From UHGV virus genome UHGV-0388354: DNA of 5,109 nucleotides; one strand, given 5' to 3'. The notes beneath the pieces are model-generated. The model was not told the DNA's origin. It did no database searches and saw only the letters and a list, made by a program, of their open reading frames with translations. The position numbers and the translations under genes were made by a program. The stretch is from a virus. Positions 5,063 to 5,109 of this stretch are shown in pieces; positions within the stretch are counted from its first letter, which is position 1; each line of letters begins with the position of its first letter.

Positions 5063-5109
5063 TGTTAATGGGTGCGGGGGCTGATGGCTTGTCCATTGCC
5101 CCCCCTCAC
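5061..5109. repeat. 5' half of a nested imperfect palindrome that continues across the window end into 1-70 (C-rich arm)
   Basis: 5061-5080 pairs with 51-70 (16 Watson-Crick pairs, 3 G-T pairs and 1 mismatch over 20 positions). 5086-5092 pairs with 34-40. 5093-5104 pairs with 13-24 (12 perfect bp: ccattgcccccc/ggggggcaatgg), extendable to 5107/8 with bulges. The 9-nt apical loop (5108-5109 plus 1-7) straddles the window boundary. The palindrome starts at the last base of the final gene's stop codon. Confidence 0.65.

Noticed and set aside
5070-5109. G-quadruplex formed by the G-runs around the junction
   Set aside because: Only three G-runs are on the same strand, with a 33-nt spacer between them. 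The complementary C-runs make a duplex hairpin the far more likely structure.
1-5109. Integrated prophage (dif/XerCD-type as described for Bacteroidetes microviruses) rather than a free circular genome
   Set aside because: There are no host-like flanking genes, no recognisable dif-like site or duplicated att core at the ends, and the two ends base-pair with each other as a single hairpin. A linearised circle explains the window better. This cannot be excluded without the source contig.

Overview
The window reads as one complete or near-complete circular ssDNA Microviridae genome of about 5.1 kb, of the gokushovirus-like (non-phiX) type. Every convincing gene is on the + strand and the genes are tightly packed. 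They are: a rolling-circle replication initiator (VP4-like, 256-1194) with all three HUH-superfamily motifs intact; a 132-aa ORF (1333-1731) carrying a signature I associate with a domain common in tailed-phage virion proteins; the major capsid protein VP1 (1738-3633, 631 aa); a DNA-pilot/minor capsid VP2-like protein (3640-4608) with an internal 22-aa tandem repeat; and an acidic 99-aa ORF (4763-5062) in the position of a scaffold protein. The only non-coding stretch (5063 through the window end, wrapping to 1-255) is packed with secondary structure. A roughly 119-nt nested imperfect palindrome spans the window ends, which argues that the sequence is a circle opened inside a hairpin. Two further perfect or near-perfect hairpins, a phiX174-origin-like CTTGATA..TTAA motif and Bacteroidetes-type TAnnTTTG promoter motifs follow. 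The most interesting unexplained content is two small unlisted ORFs (1197-1325 and 4645-4782). Each encodes a single-pass membrane peptide with a basic flank, and they exactly fill the only two coding gaps. They are candidate lysis or membrane effectors in a virus group with no recognised lysis gene. No tRNA, CRISPR array, integrase or host flank is visible.
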